Source: Euprymna scolopes (taxonomy: Eukaryota). From it: a stretch of 64,000 nucleotides of DNA. Made by a program: the position numbers and the translations under genes. The stretch lies in the NCBI GenBank assembly GCA_053919585.1, contig CM132793.1; one strand, given 5' to 3'. How positions within the stretch are numbered: position 1 is the stretch's first letter; every line of letters begins with the position of its first letter. The notes under the pieces are model-generated. The model saw only the letters and a list, made by a program, of their open reading frames with translations, made no database searches and was not told where the DNA came from. Below are positions 1 to 11,459 of this stretch, piece after piece.

Positions 1-190
1 GCATGGATATACTTGCACGTAATAGTAAACTAAAGATAACAAAAACAAATCTAATAGGGAATAAAGTAAAATGAATGTTTAAAAGAATATGCAAATGAGC
101 TGTATCTTATACAGATTAATTCTTTCATTTACAATATATATTGTATTTTATTAAATAGAAAAAGATTAATATAAATATCAATACACAAAA
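1..190. repeat. Unclassified dispersed repeat (second copy ~17835-18045)
   Basis: CATGGATATA..CACGTAATAGT and TTAAAAGAATATGCAAAT.AGCT occur in the same order at 1-110 and 17838-17941. Confidence 0.5.
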
Positions 191-760
191 CGCATTTGAG
201 TATAAATGTACACACTAGAGGAGTTTACTATTATAAAATAATTCCTCATGAATTACAAAGATATTAGATATGAATACAATTATAGAGATTAAGGACAGCG
301 TACAAATGTTACTAGTTAGGATATTCTTAACATACCGAGTGAAAAACATTTTAACTTCCGTACTTTCACATATTTATATAGCAAAAGATACCGTAACAAT
401 TAAACTTAACTTCAAATTCTATCTAAAAATAGCACATCCATATTCTGTGAAAACAAAAAATATAATGCATACAGGGTTGGTGTCACGTAGAATTCAATAT
501 ACCGACATCTTTAGCCACCAACCCCAATTTAACATTCAAACCACACAAATCAACCGACTCCGAAACAATTCTCAGGCTTTACCAAAATAGTCACTTATAA
601 AATATGTGGACTCTATAACAAATAATTGAGTTTTCTATATACGACTGTACCTATTTATGAAATAACTTGATGCTATTTCATTAGTGTAGCTCTAAACTCT
701 AGTCCCTATCGCTTCGCAAAATGTTTAAGTACCTGTTGTATAATTATTTATACACATTTT

Positions 761-933
761 GGTACTCATGCAGAGTGATCCGTGCTGAAATAACATTTAA
801 AAAGCCATTCTTAACATGGGGAGGGTAGGTTATTTTGTACCTATTCTGCGCTTTAACCTTACAATTGAATAAAAAAAAATTAAACTTGGAAATATGATTT
901 GAAAAATAGCGCGGATCACTCTACATTAGCACC
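761..933 (+). mobile_element. MITE with GG...CC termini and 8-bp TSD (Merlin-like), copy 1
   Basis: 26-bp TIRs (GGTACTCATGCAGAGTGATCCGTGCT / AGCGCGGATCACTCTACATTAGCACC, 22/26 match). Perfect TSD CACATTTT at 753-760 and 934-941. Confidence 0.8.
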
Positions 934-1059
934 CACATTTTTTAACAAATTTACTGCACGTAATCAACAGAAACTCGCCTTAATTCAGCCGATTATCCAA
1001 GTCTAATTATTCATTTCCGAAATAAATTTTACTAGTAGATTTTTGGTATTTTTCTTTAG

Positions 1060-1188
1060 TTGAACTGCAACTTAAGATGCACCGGTCAATTGACAACTTG
1101 TAATAGGTTTTCGAGTATGCTGACAACGAATCCTACATTTAAATGTAGGACAAGTACTTTTCTGTATATTAAGATATTGTGTTCCAAT
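1060..1188 (+). CDS. Candidate exon A of a Cys-rich, possibly NTR/TIMP-like protein (LNCNLRCTGQLTTCNRFSSMLTTNPTFKCRTSTFLYIKILCSN)
   Basis: Acceptor ttttggtatttttctttAG, donor GTaatc, open frame, ends in phase 0 matching exon B. Family assignment is inference only. Confidence 0.4.
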
Positions 1189-1534
1189 GTAATCCCTTTG
1201 CTTTTACTGGCGGCCATGATTTCCCCAACTGTAATCTATAAATGTAATTAAAAAAAAATACAGTAAAATCGAATTTTTACTTGAAAACCCCAAGTTAACA
1301 TTAGCACCGTACATACACTAAAGAAATATCCTGGTTTTATTAGAACTTCATTAGAATAAAGAATTTTGGTCACAAGAAAAATTACATGTAGATACGAATT
1401 AGACGATCACATGGTACATGAGTATCCATTAAACTCGTGCATTCTGTAAACTTCAGTTTAAGGGATTATGTTCCAAGATATTTCAGATGTATTTATTTCA
1501 GTAACAGTATAAAAATGACGTACTCGTTAATAAT

Positions 1535-1570
<36 letters not shown>

Positions 1571-1904
1571 CTAAGTCTAGGTTAGGCTTCTATTGCAGAA
1601 AACTATTTTGATTACCAACACTTTGCAGTTATTGGAGGCAATTCATCAAACGCATAAAAAAATATTCGATTCGCTGCTCTAATTATCAAACAAAATATGC
1701 TGGCTCAAATAACATCAACGCCGAATGCATTCATTATTTGCTGTAGCTTTACTTTTGTTATGCTTTTTCGGGGTGTTCCTTTCTGGATTAATCTACAAAT
1801 TCAGAGATCTTTGTCTGTTTTAATTAAACTATTAGCCCATTTTTATTTGAACGCGTGTCAGCGCGAACAGTGCTATGAGAATACTCTGTTCAATTTCAGT
1901 TTTT

Positions 1905-2645
1905 GATTATATTTTACCCCAACAAGGCACTGCCATTTGATGTATGTGGGAGGGGGGGCTACTATCAGAGGCATAAGTTGCAGGAACCTATGTAAGGTGA
2001 TGGGCAGCAAGATATCTGTTCACATTACACTTTAACTTCTGCATGTCAGCACAGTTGAACGCAGACATCAGGAAGGGAATTTGAAAGCCTAAAAGTTCTG
2101 GGGAAGACTATTAAAGTAGAAAGATGTCTTATCGATGTGTATGGGTGGGATTTTGCTATTTGTCGGGAAATTACATCGAGGGTGTACAATGGTTTGTTGT
2201 TCGTTGGAGCATAGACCATTAAAATACTTATGAAATAGGCAGAGGGATGCAGCATTTCGTCTATGGGACAGAGGCCGAAGCTTAGATGACAGTTCAGATC
2301 CTCTAAGGTTGGCGACTCTTTTGAACCCTGTTCGGGAGTCAGACCAGCAGCAGATACATCAGCCCAAATGTGACAACAGTACTCCAGACATCGGCGAATG
2401 GTGATCTTGTAAAGGCACAGGATACTTTGAGGCGTAAGTAACTTTCTAGCAAGGTACAGAGAGCCAGCCTTTTCGCAGCAGCCCTGGCAATGCTTTCGAT
2501 GTATCTGTTCCAATTCATGTTGCCTGTAAACCTTAAGCCGAGGTCTTTGAACGAAATGCATACCTTTTAGCCATAGCTATTTATAGTTGAGGTGGTTTCT
2601 TGAAATTATTAAAGGAAAAAAAAAGGTTAGTCTTGGCAGCATTTT
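1905..2645 (-). mobile_element. CR1/L2-group LINE 3' fragment, decayed (same family as 42231-43555)
   Basis: Minus ORF contains GSLYLARKLLTPQSILCLYK..CLEYCCHIWA. 1905-1970 matches the reverse complement of the 3'UTR at 43470-43530. Confidence 0.9.
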
Positions 2646-2842
2646 ATTTAATATCTGAGCAGGAAATAAAAATGAGATAAAATTTAAGCACATTATGCAA
2701 CAACTTTATAATGGTCTAAACAGGGGGGCGTAGGTAGCATGCTAGCAAATCCATTTTCTCTTGAGAAATATCTAGGAAATGGAAGTCTGAGTTCATTGTC
2801 GTAATCAGGAATCACGTCAAGGCACATTGTCTCAAGCGTATC

Positions 2843-2954
2843 TCAAATTGAGACAGCGCCTGGCTAATAAAGGATAGGTATTGCTGTGGGGCAGTCTACC
2901 TACTACTTAGGTGGTATACCTATCCTTTATTAGCCAGGCGCTGTCTCAATTTGA
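2843..2954. repeat. Perfect 39-bp inverted repeat with 34-bp spacer
   Basis: TCAAATTGAGACAGCGCCTGGCTAATAAAGGATAGGTAT (2843-2881) is the exact reverse complement of 2916-2954. Confidence 0.95.
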
Positions 2955-3993
2955 AGGGAAGTTTGTCTTGGAAGGTTAACGACTATGACCAGTAAGCCCC
3001 CTCCGCCAGTGTTTTGGGGCAATGTTATAGAATAGAAAGGATCGGTATTTATCAGCCTTCATTCTTTAAGATGGGTAACCTGCTAATATCTACGGATAAA
3101 CCACACATTTAGTCATGCACTGGGGTTAAAGATCAGGTTTATTAGCACCTTCGCTTTGTTGGATAGATATAAAGTTCTGTCGTTTCTATTCAAAACGATA
3201 TAGAATTAAGATATTAAGTATCATACTAAAAGTTCTCGGTTCTGTTTGGTTTTTTAAGGGAAGGCTCTCATCAAAATACGATAATAAAATTTTGGATTAG
3301 AACAATTTGTTTGATACTGGTTATAAGAATAAAAACACAATATTAAGTCACTATTAAAATACAAAGACAAGGTTATGCATTAAAAAGTTTAAACTAGTTC
3401 AGAGTAATGTATACTACAGAAGAAAGGCGGTGTTTTTGTTTTAATGGGTGATGGTGTTTATAGTTATTCAAGACATCAAGAGAAACAGTGCTGGCTATTT
3501 TAGAGCACATTTAAGATTAAAACCAAAATGAATACAATTAAAGTTTTTTGGAATTTAAGTCAAGATAAAATAAAAATGCTTAACTCTTTTCGATCTCAAA
3601 AACAAGCAAATTTCAATAATAAAACAAAGAAACTTAAACTAATTTAACTATTTGTAGAAAAACAACCTGGATTTAAATCGAAAATTGAAAAGTAGACGCT
3701 ATAGGACGCGTTATTTCATTTACCCTCACATAATTTGGGAACATTATTAGTATTTTTTGTGGTTAATAGAAACAATTAAGGGAGTCGCAATATAAACTGA
3801 ATTTTTAATTTACTGTAGTAATTCATCCAGTTTTTATTTTAATTATACCAAACATTCGCGGGATGTGGAAAGCAGAATAAAATAACAAGGGGGTTGTATA
3901 GCAATATTGTGAGGGAATGAGATAGATAGAAATATATAGATTAAATTCCAAACATAATGGACATATTTTTTTTATTTCTGTTCATGCCATCAG

Positions 3994-4093
3994 ACAACTC
4001 TAGTAAAAATATACATCTCAAGTAGAATTCTCCACGAATCTTTCCCTTGGCGTTTTGAGAAATTGAAACCCAGCAACGTTGCATATATTTACG
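3994..4093 (+). CDS. Candidate exon B (TTLVKIYISSRILHESFPWRFEKLKPSNVAYIY + G)
   Basis: Acceptor ttttttttatttctgttcatgccatcAG, donor G|GTaaca. Only one frame is open (phase 0 in, phase 1 out). Confidence 0.45.
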
Positions 4094-4756
4094 GTAACAT
4101 CTTGTGAAGTGGATATTCAGTGAAGGTGAAATATTGATCGATGCAATTATGGTTGATCAAATCTAGAGATCAGTTTTTAAAAGCTTGATATTTCAACATT
4201 AAAATCCTACTTGATGCTTAACTTTGCCTTCGGACAAGGCAAGTAAGCACGAACAGTACAATGTTTTAGTCGAGGTGCATTTCACCGGTAAATTGATCTT
4301 TCATTTAAATGGCGCAAGATTATATGCAATGCTGCTGTATATTTCTTATGTGATCATTTTTATATAGAAAGACCTAACACATACATCATTGATAAACCAC
4401 AGCAATTGAGAAATTATGCTTAAATGTTAAAGACTGATTTTACACATTTCTAAAATATTCGGCTCAAATTACTGGAAATCCAGATCAGTATTTCAAGAAA
4501 ATGATTTCTTGTTTTATAACTAGTGCCCGTGTCACAGCGTTACAAGAAATTAAATATAAAACAGTGATTTTAAAGAAACAAATATTTTAGGTTTGATAAT
4601 GGCTGTGTCTCTTGATTAGGAGATTTGTTCCGATAGTCCGATACAATACAAACGAAGCTAACCGCATTTTGCAAACTAAGATTAAAATAGTTTAAAGAAA
4701 CAGTCTGAGTTTGTTAGGATTAGGTTACAGTTGATTTAAAGTTTAAAGAATTTTTA

Positions 4757-6432
4757 GTTTTGATTTTTTTTTATTTTTTTTTATTTTTATTTTTTTTTTT
4801 TACTTTTTTGATTTTTTGTTTTGATTTTTTGTTTTGATTTTTTGTTTTGATTTTTTGTTTTGATTTTTTTTGTTTTGATTTTTTTTGTTTTGATTTTTTG
4901 TTTTGATTTTTTGTTTTGATTTTTTTTTGTTTTTTTTTTGTTTTGATTTTTTTTTGTTTTGATTTTTTTTGTTTGGAGTTTTTTTTTTTGATTTTTTTTT
5001 GAAACTCCAAACAAAAAAAACTCCAAACAAAAAAAACTCCAAACAAAAAAAACTCCAAACAATTTTTTTTTTGTTTGGAGTTTTTTTGTTTGGAGTTTTT
5101 TTGTTTGGAGTTTTTTTGTTTGGAGTTTTTTTGTTTGGAGTTTTTTTGTTTGGAGTTTTTTTGTTTGGAGTTTTTTTGTTTGGAGTTTTTTTGTTTGGAG
5201 TTTTTTTGTTTGGAGTTTTTTTGTTTGGAGTTTTTTTGTTTGGAGTTTTTTTGTTTGGAGTTTTTTTGTTTGGAGTTTTTTTGTTTGGAGTTTTTTTGTT
5301 TGGAGTTTTTTTGTTTGGAGTTTTTTTGTTTGGAGTTTTTTTGTTTGGAGTTTTTTTGTTTGGAGTTTTTTTGTTTGGAGTTTTTTTGTTTGGAGTTTTT
5401 TTGTTTGGAGTTTTTTTGTTTGGAGTTTTTTTGTTTGGAGTTTTTTTGTTTGGAGTTTTTTTGTTTGGAGTTTTTTTGTTTGGAGTTTTTTTGTTTGGAG
5501 TTTTTTTGTTTGGAGTTTTTTTGTTTGGAGTTTTTTTGTTTGGAGTTTTTTTGTTTGGAGTTTTTTTGTTTGGAGTTTTTTTGTTTGGAGTTTTTTTGTT
5601 TGGAGTTTTTTTGTTTGGAGTTTTTTTGTTTGGAGTTTTTTTGTTTGGAGTTTTTTTGTTTGGAGTTTTTTTGTTTGGAGTTTTTTTGTTTGGAGTTTTT
5701 TTGTTTGGAGTTTTTTTGTTTGGAGTTTTTTTGTTTGGAGTTTTTTTGTTTGGAGTTTTTTTGTTTGGAGTTTTTTTGTTTGGAGTTTTTTTGTTTGGAG
5801 TTTTTTTGTTTGGAGTTTTTTTGTTTGGAGTTTTTTTGTTTGGAGTTTTTTTGTTTGGAGTTTTTTTGTTTGGAGTTTTTTTGTTTGGAGTTTTTTTGTT
5901 TGGAGTTTTTTTGTTTGGAGTTTTTTTGTTTGGAGTTTTTTTGTTTGGAGTTTTTTTGTTTGGAGTTTTTTTGTTTGGAGTTTTTTTGTTTGGAGTTTTT
6001 TTGTTTGGAGTTTTTTTGTTTGGAGTTTTTTTGTTTGGAGTTTTTTTGTTTGGAGTTTTTTTGTTTGGAGTTTTTTTGTTTGGAGTTTTTTTGTTTGGAG
6101 TTTTTTTGTTTGGAGTTTTTTTGTTTGGAGTTTTTTTGTTTGGAGTTTTTTTGTTTGGAGTTTTTTTGTTTGGAGTTTTTTTGTTTGGAGTTTTTTTGTT
6201 TGGAGTTTTTTTGTTTGGAGTTTTTTTGTTTGGAGTTTTTTTGTTTGGAGTTTTTTTGTTTGGAGTTTTTTTGTTTGGAGTTTTTTTGTTTGGAGTTTTT
6301 TTGTTTGGAGTTTTTTTGTTTGGAGTTTTTTTGTTTGGAGTTTTTTTGTTTGGAGTTTTTTTGTTTGGAGTTTTTTTGTTTGGAGTTTTTTTGTTTGGAG
6401 TTTTTTTGTTTGGAGTTTTTTTGTTTTTTTTT
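4757..6432. repeat. T-rich tandem array: degenerate TTTTTGTTTTGA units, 4 inverted CTCCAAACA(n) units, then 90 perfect TTGTTTGGAGTTTTT units
   Basis: Exact 15-bp period over 5071-6420 (1350 bp). Inverted 16-bp units at 5005-5062. Degenerate units at 4757-4990. Confidence 0.98.
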
Positions 6433-6441
6433 CATGTTAAG

Positions 6442-6599
6442 CCAAGAAACGGTGTAATGATCCAAATATAGACAATACATTCTTTTTAAATGAAACATAT
6501 TTGGCGCTAAATGTGTTCCTCTCAACTGAATGCAATTGCCCAAAAGGAACGACTATCAAGCAACCTGCGTTACAGAATAGAAATCCCCGAATCAATTAA
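6442..6599 (+). CDS. Candidate terminal exon C ((A)KKRCNDPNIDNTFFLNETYLALNVFLSTECNCPKGTTIKQPALQNRNPRIN*)
   Basis: Acceptor ttttttttttcatgttaAG (AAG is less common). Open 52-codon frame needs phase 1, matching exon B. Stop TAA at 6597-6599. Confidence 0.4.
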
Positions 6600-8159
6600 T
6601 CTACAGATACGGCATAGTCTAGTCTCTACATGCATCAATTACTCAGTGCATAAATGTGCTTATATATTATAAAGTGTATACTGTTGCTACTATTGCGAGA
6701 ATGTTACTGAGGTTGGAATCAGTATTTAAGTAAACCAGCGCTTAATAACCAATACGGGAAGGATGCTGGATTTGTTCAGTCTTAATTAGTTCAACGCTTA
6801 CGTAGTTACGTTATGCTGTAGCAAAATATCTCCAGTGCTCACATATTTTGAATTCTATTTAGGTTAGAGCATGAAAAGATTTTTGTCGATCAAAGTGAAT
6901 TTGTTGATTCTCAAACTATTCCTGAAGTTTCAAGGAGATAGTACTTCAAAGGAAGCAAAAGGGGAAATGTTGATTCTTTTGCACTCAAGCATTGATTAAG
7001 TTAATTTAGAAACTCGACTCATAATATTAGATTCGGCACATCTTCCATTGTTCTACATGGAAAATTTATTATGAAACTATAATCCAGAGCGATTAGCACA
7101 CATTTAATTATACAACACATCTCTATTATAAATCTTTTTTGTAGTCAATTAAATTATATGTAGCAAGTGATTCATTTTAAAATAAATTAAAATGTTCACT
7201 AAATGATTTTCATTAAAAAAAAAACACTCCACCCAAGTTAAAAATAACTTCATATATAAATCTGATAAGGAATAGTAACTGTCGATCCCCTTCAAAATCA
7301 CAAGTATGCACATGTCACGGTTTTAGGTAAACTTGGAGTTGCAATCATTTTAAATGGTTTCACAGATTGTTTTAAAAAAATTGAACCGAAAAATGCCATT
7401 TAACGGAGAATTGAATAATTATAGCATCCTTTTTACAACGAATGTATTTGATACAAATAAACTTCAGTTTATGTATAAGTGCGACAGTAAATTTCATATA
7501 ACAAATTTTACGTCATTAATTTTGTAAAGAACGCAGTTTTGCATTAAAATCATATTTGCGTTAGAGATCCAAAATAACACTGACCTCTATTTACTTACCC
7601 TTATTTGTAATGGCTATTGTAACTTCAGAAATACTTTAGAGTGTCTTAATAGATTTTCTTAAGGATAAGCACAGATAACATGAGTGATAATTAAGGAGCT
7701 CAGTGTCATACTATTACGATGATTAGCAACGTGTTTTATCGAAGATTAAAACAAATAATCGGATATTCGTAGTTGAAAAATGAAAACCTGATATAGATCG
7801 AAAAAATTGTTTAGGTTGCAGAATTTATGGAATTTTATTTATGATTTTATGCCTGGTATTTTTGGGGATGCGGGGTCGCCCTATACTAACTAGGGTCCAA
7901 TCTTGTGATTCCAAATTCTTAGCCTTTCTGAAGACAGGGTTTTCATTCAAGTAAAAACCATATTTGAATGAAGCAAAAACTTCACATTTTTACTCTTTCT
8001 CCGTATATAATCGTCAGCATACAAACTATACTAAATTTTCCAGAAATTAAAGTTGTTCGTTCCTCACTCCTACTATTGCTAACAATAGCAACAAGACATA
8101 ACATACACAATTGCAGAAACAATATCTGAACCTTATTCGTTGCGTTTCGGAAAATATTT

Positions 8160-9945
8160 CTACTTCCGGGATAGCGGTCCGTGTGGATCAATAAAGATCT
8201 GCACATTAATGGCAAGCTACACAAGAAAAACACGAAATATAAAGTGATAATGGTTTCTATTAATACCTCCATTACAAATCAGCTCACAAAGTTCCGACCT
8301 TGTTTTGCGGCACGCAAACAATGCAACACCATCTTACCATTTCACAGTTCAGTAAATTACTCCTGAAACGAGATGCGAAAATAATTAATAAAAGTCTGAG
8401 TTCATTCAAGTGTAAATCGGCGATCACATACCAGCCGTTATCTCTGGTCACCAGACATGTTTTTATTGAGCATGTTAAACGAAAAGCCTACCATTGATAG
8501 TTATTGACGCTTAAAGTGTCTAAAAGTGACCAACGCTTACTGGTAGATATGAATTAAATATGAACAGGCGTATCGACAGTTGAGACATGTCCTTTCATGG
8601 TGATGACTTACAATAGGTACTTGTTGATGTATCCGCTTGCTAGGGTCTAATATATATTTGCCATTGTGTCATCTCGTTCAAAAGTGTTTTGTTTTAAACT
8701 TTTTTGAATTGTAATTAAAACAATTAAAATAGTGTTACCTGAATATTTTGTTTTCGCTTAAAAAAACTGAAATTCATCCTTATCTCAACTCGCAATCGAT
8801 ATTATTTGAGAAAATTTAGTACATTTAATCTCGAAAATAAGCTCAGGAGAGGATATAATTCAAATCAGTTGAATTCGTTTATTAGCGCTAGTAAAATCTC
8901 GGGAATGTAAGCGAATCTTTATTATAAAAATTATATACTTTTAACATTTACAGACACGTGTTTCATCATAAGAAAATTCAATAATTTATTCGACTAATGT
9001 ATCAACATGGATTTTAGTCAATACATTCATTCAATAAGTGCGAAAGTTTAACCTCCAATATAAGTCACGCCATATACGCGGTATAGTCGATAATGTTGAC
9101 TTATTTAGTTGCTTGTACACACGTCAGGAAAGTGGGTGGAATCTCTGTCATAATTCAGAATCATTGAGATCCTAAAATACGTCATTCAAATTCTCGCCAA
9201 ATTTTACTTTCTGGATTATTTTATAGGCCATTTAGACTTGACTTTTCCCAGACGGAATGAGAATGGAAGAATATTTCACAATTGTGATATATTTGTCGTC
9301 TTAATCGGTGAAATCGCTTATTTTTTTCACTCAAATCGATTGAGTGCTTGCTCTACTGGAGGGCTTACCGCGTAGTTTGGGAATGAGATATTTTTACTGA
9401 GTCTCTCTTTAAAAAACTACAAAAATCAAGTAATTGACTAATCAATACGAACTTTTTACCGATTAATTTATTTATAGCGTGTACTTTTTTACCATAATCT
9501 ATATATTAGCTGCCTACAAAACCTTTATTTGTGGTATCAAAATTGCTTAAAATCAGCCAAAACTAAACAAAATATATTGTACTGTGGCAAAGGTTAGGAT
9601 TAATAAAACAAAACTGCACGTACCAGATTTTAAGGTTAAAAATCCGAATTCTGAATGTGTTTAATTTTTCATCTTTTGAATTTAGAAGTATGAAATTTGC
9701 TGAATATCTTAATTGTCTTTCAGATAAGCAGACACATTTTCATTGTCTTTACGAAAAACAGTAATTTATGCTCTTAAAAATATATTTTTTTATGAGACAA
9801 ATATTGCTTATATACGATATAATAGGAAGTGATTTAAAGTATCGCTATCAAGAGGGAAGAACTCAATAACAGCACATTTTACAAAAATGCGACTTGTTGC
9901 AGCAATTTGGTACGGGAAATTCTCACCTATGGAAGACCATAATGC
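8160..9945 (-). CDS. Putative micro-exon gene (exons 9927-9945, 9624-9650, 9369-9416, 9123-9171, 8612-8646, 8338-8362, 8160-8216)
   Basis: AG/GT-bounded 19-57 bp segments join in one open frame. Donors are GTGAGA, GTACGT, GTAAGC, GTGTGT, GTAAGT, GTAAGA. No recognisable homology. Confidence 0.22.
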
Positions 9946-9964
9946 CTATATTTATTCGTATTTA

Positions 9965-10232
9965 GTTATCTCCTCTTAATACTTTGTTGCTATGACTTAC
10001 ACTTGTTTTGAAAGTGTGGGGGGGGGGCTTGCGTTTACCAGATTCGCTCGTCCAGAAACACTTCCTACCCATTGCAAGACAGGGTCAAGACAACTGAGCG
10101 TGATACTAAATGCAAGAGTTGACCTCAATGCATACAGCATCAAGCATTCCTAAAATGGTCACCCATTTGATACTGGCAGGCCTCCTCGTTTCTTGACTTG
10201 ACTTATGTAGGGAACACACACACACACACACA
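9965..10232 (-). mobile_element. 5S rRNA-derived SINE (SINE3-like), copy 1
   Basis: Minus strand AGTCAAG..GGCCTGCCAGTATCAAATGGGTGACC..GGAATGCTTGATGCTGTATGC resembles the 5S box A/box C/3' half. Body is shared with 29920-30175. Confidence 0.65.
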
Positions 10233-10385
10233 TATAAAATTAAAAAAAATAAAAATTACAATAAATTTACCAAGGTAATGAAAATGGTAAACTTAAAATA
10301 TATAAATATTAAAGAGTTAATATTTACAAGTAATCTCAACCAGATGTAAAAGCTCAATAAAACCGAAAAGGAAATAGAGCTTATA

Positions 10386-10767
10386 ATATGAACAAATGAT
10401 TAATAAAACATTAAAAGGCATCTTGAAAAAGATTTAAAACATTTAATTTTAAAAAAGGAAGCACCAGATAAGTGGGTAGTCCTTAATCCGCGGAGTGTCG
10501 AAGAAATACTCTCCTTCTCATCAGAGGGCAGGAATTGGCAAAATGCGGGATCGGATGTTGCATAAAAAGTATTTAATGAAACTGCAAGTCATTTTATATG
10601 CAAAATCCGGTCCCTCATTTTGCTAATTCCTGCCCTCTGATGAGAGTATTTCTTCGAAACTCCGGATTAAGGACTATCCACTTATCTTGTGCTTCCTTTT
10701 TCAAGATTAAATGCTTTTAACTCTTTTTCAAGATGTCTTTTAACATGTTCTATTAATCATTTGTTCC
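10386..10767. mobile_element. ~180-bp-arm imperfect inverted repeat, Penelope-like pLTR relic with hammerhead motif in each arm
   Basis: 10390-10570 is the reverse complement of 10590-10767. Each arm has CTGATGA-stem-GA(A/C)A-CTCCG(CG)GA. Flanked by (CA)n and (GT)(TA)n. Confidence 0.75.
10632..10674 (+). ncRNA. Minimal type I hammerhead ribozyme-like motif (degenerate)
   Basis: GCCCT-CTGATGA-GAGTATTTCTTC-GAAA-CTCCGGA-TTA-AGGAC. Mirror copy on the minus strand at 10479-10529. Confidence 0.55.
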
Positions 10768-10768
10768 C

Positions 10769-10829
<61 letters not shown>

Positions 10830-11459
10830 CTTATGGAAATTTACAGAATTAAATTAACTTTTGTAAATGCTACTATATTTACAAACATTAAAATTTCATT
10901 TTCACAATTTTTCCACGCAAAATCTATAGATACAATTTTGTAAATTCGGGTACTTGTGATATATGTGCATATTCAAGCTAATCATCCTTTATCTAATTTT
11001 GAGAAAAAAGAATTGAGTCAAACCTTTTAAAAAGTATTCAAATGTTTTATCATAGAGAAAAACGACGGTGTGTTTATGAAGTTTTCAAAATTCTATAAAA
11101 ATTGAAACGTTTTAATATTTTGCTTTTCATGTTAGTCAAAATCTGACTTTTTATCACATGTTTTCGATTATCGCCATTCAGTAGGTACATTCTAATAGAA
11201 ACGAAGACTTCCGAACAAAACTGCATCTGTGTGGATTTCCAGAACAATCAACCCAGCAGTTTCGCAGAACTGACGGAACCAACACGCACAGTATTTAATG
11301 GTTTAGATTTTTAAATCCTTTAGACTGTTAAGCGTTTAATTATACATAATCGATAATCCATATATAATAGATTTTTATCAGAATTTAAAGATTGTTTGAA
11401 TGTTATATGATCGCATTATACTCAACTATATTGTAGTATAAAACGGTTTTCGCCTTATC

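Noticed and set aside
5071-6420. CRISPR array or telomeric repeat
   Set aside because: No spacers, no cas genes, eukaryotic context, internal position, and the unit is not a known TTAGG/TTAGGG-type repeat.
4771-6543. 590/500/460-aa ORFs (KQKNS, FGVFL, CLEFF repeats)
   Set aside because: They are translations of a stop-free 15-bp tandem repeat that is open in several frames on both strands.
7982-8272. Signal-peptide-like ILFLQLCMLCLVAIVSNS in a minus ORF
   Set aside because: The acceptor needed at ~8125 has no pyrimidine tract, and hydrophobic runs are expected from T-rich DNA.
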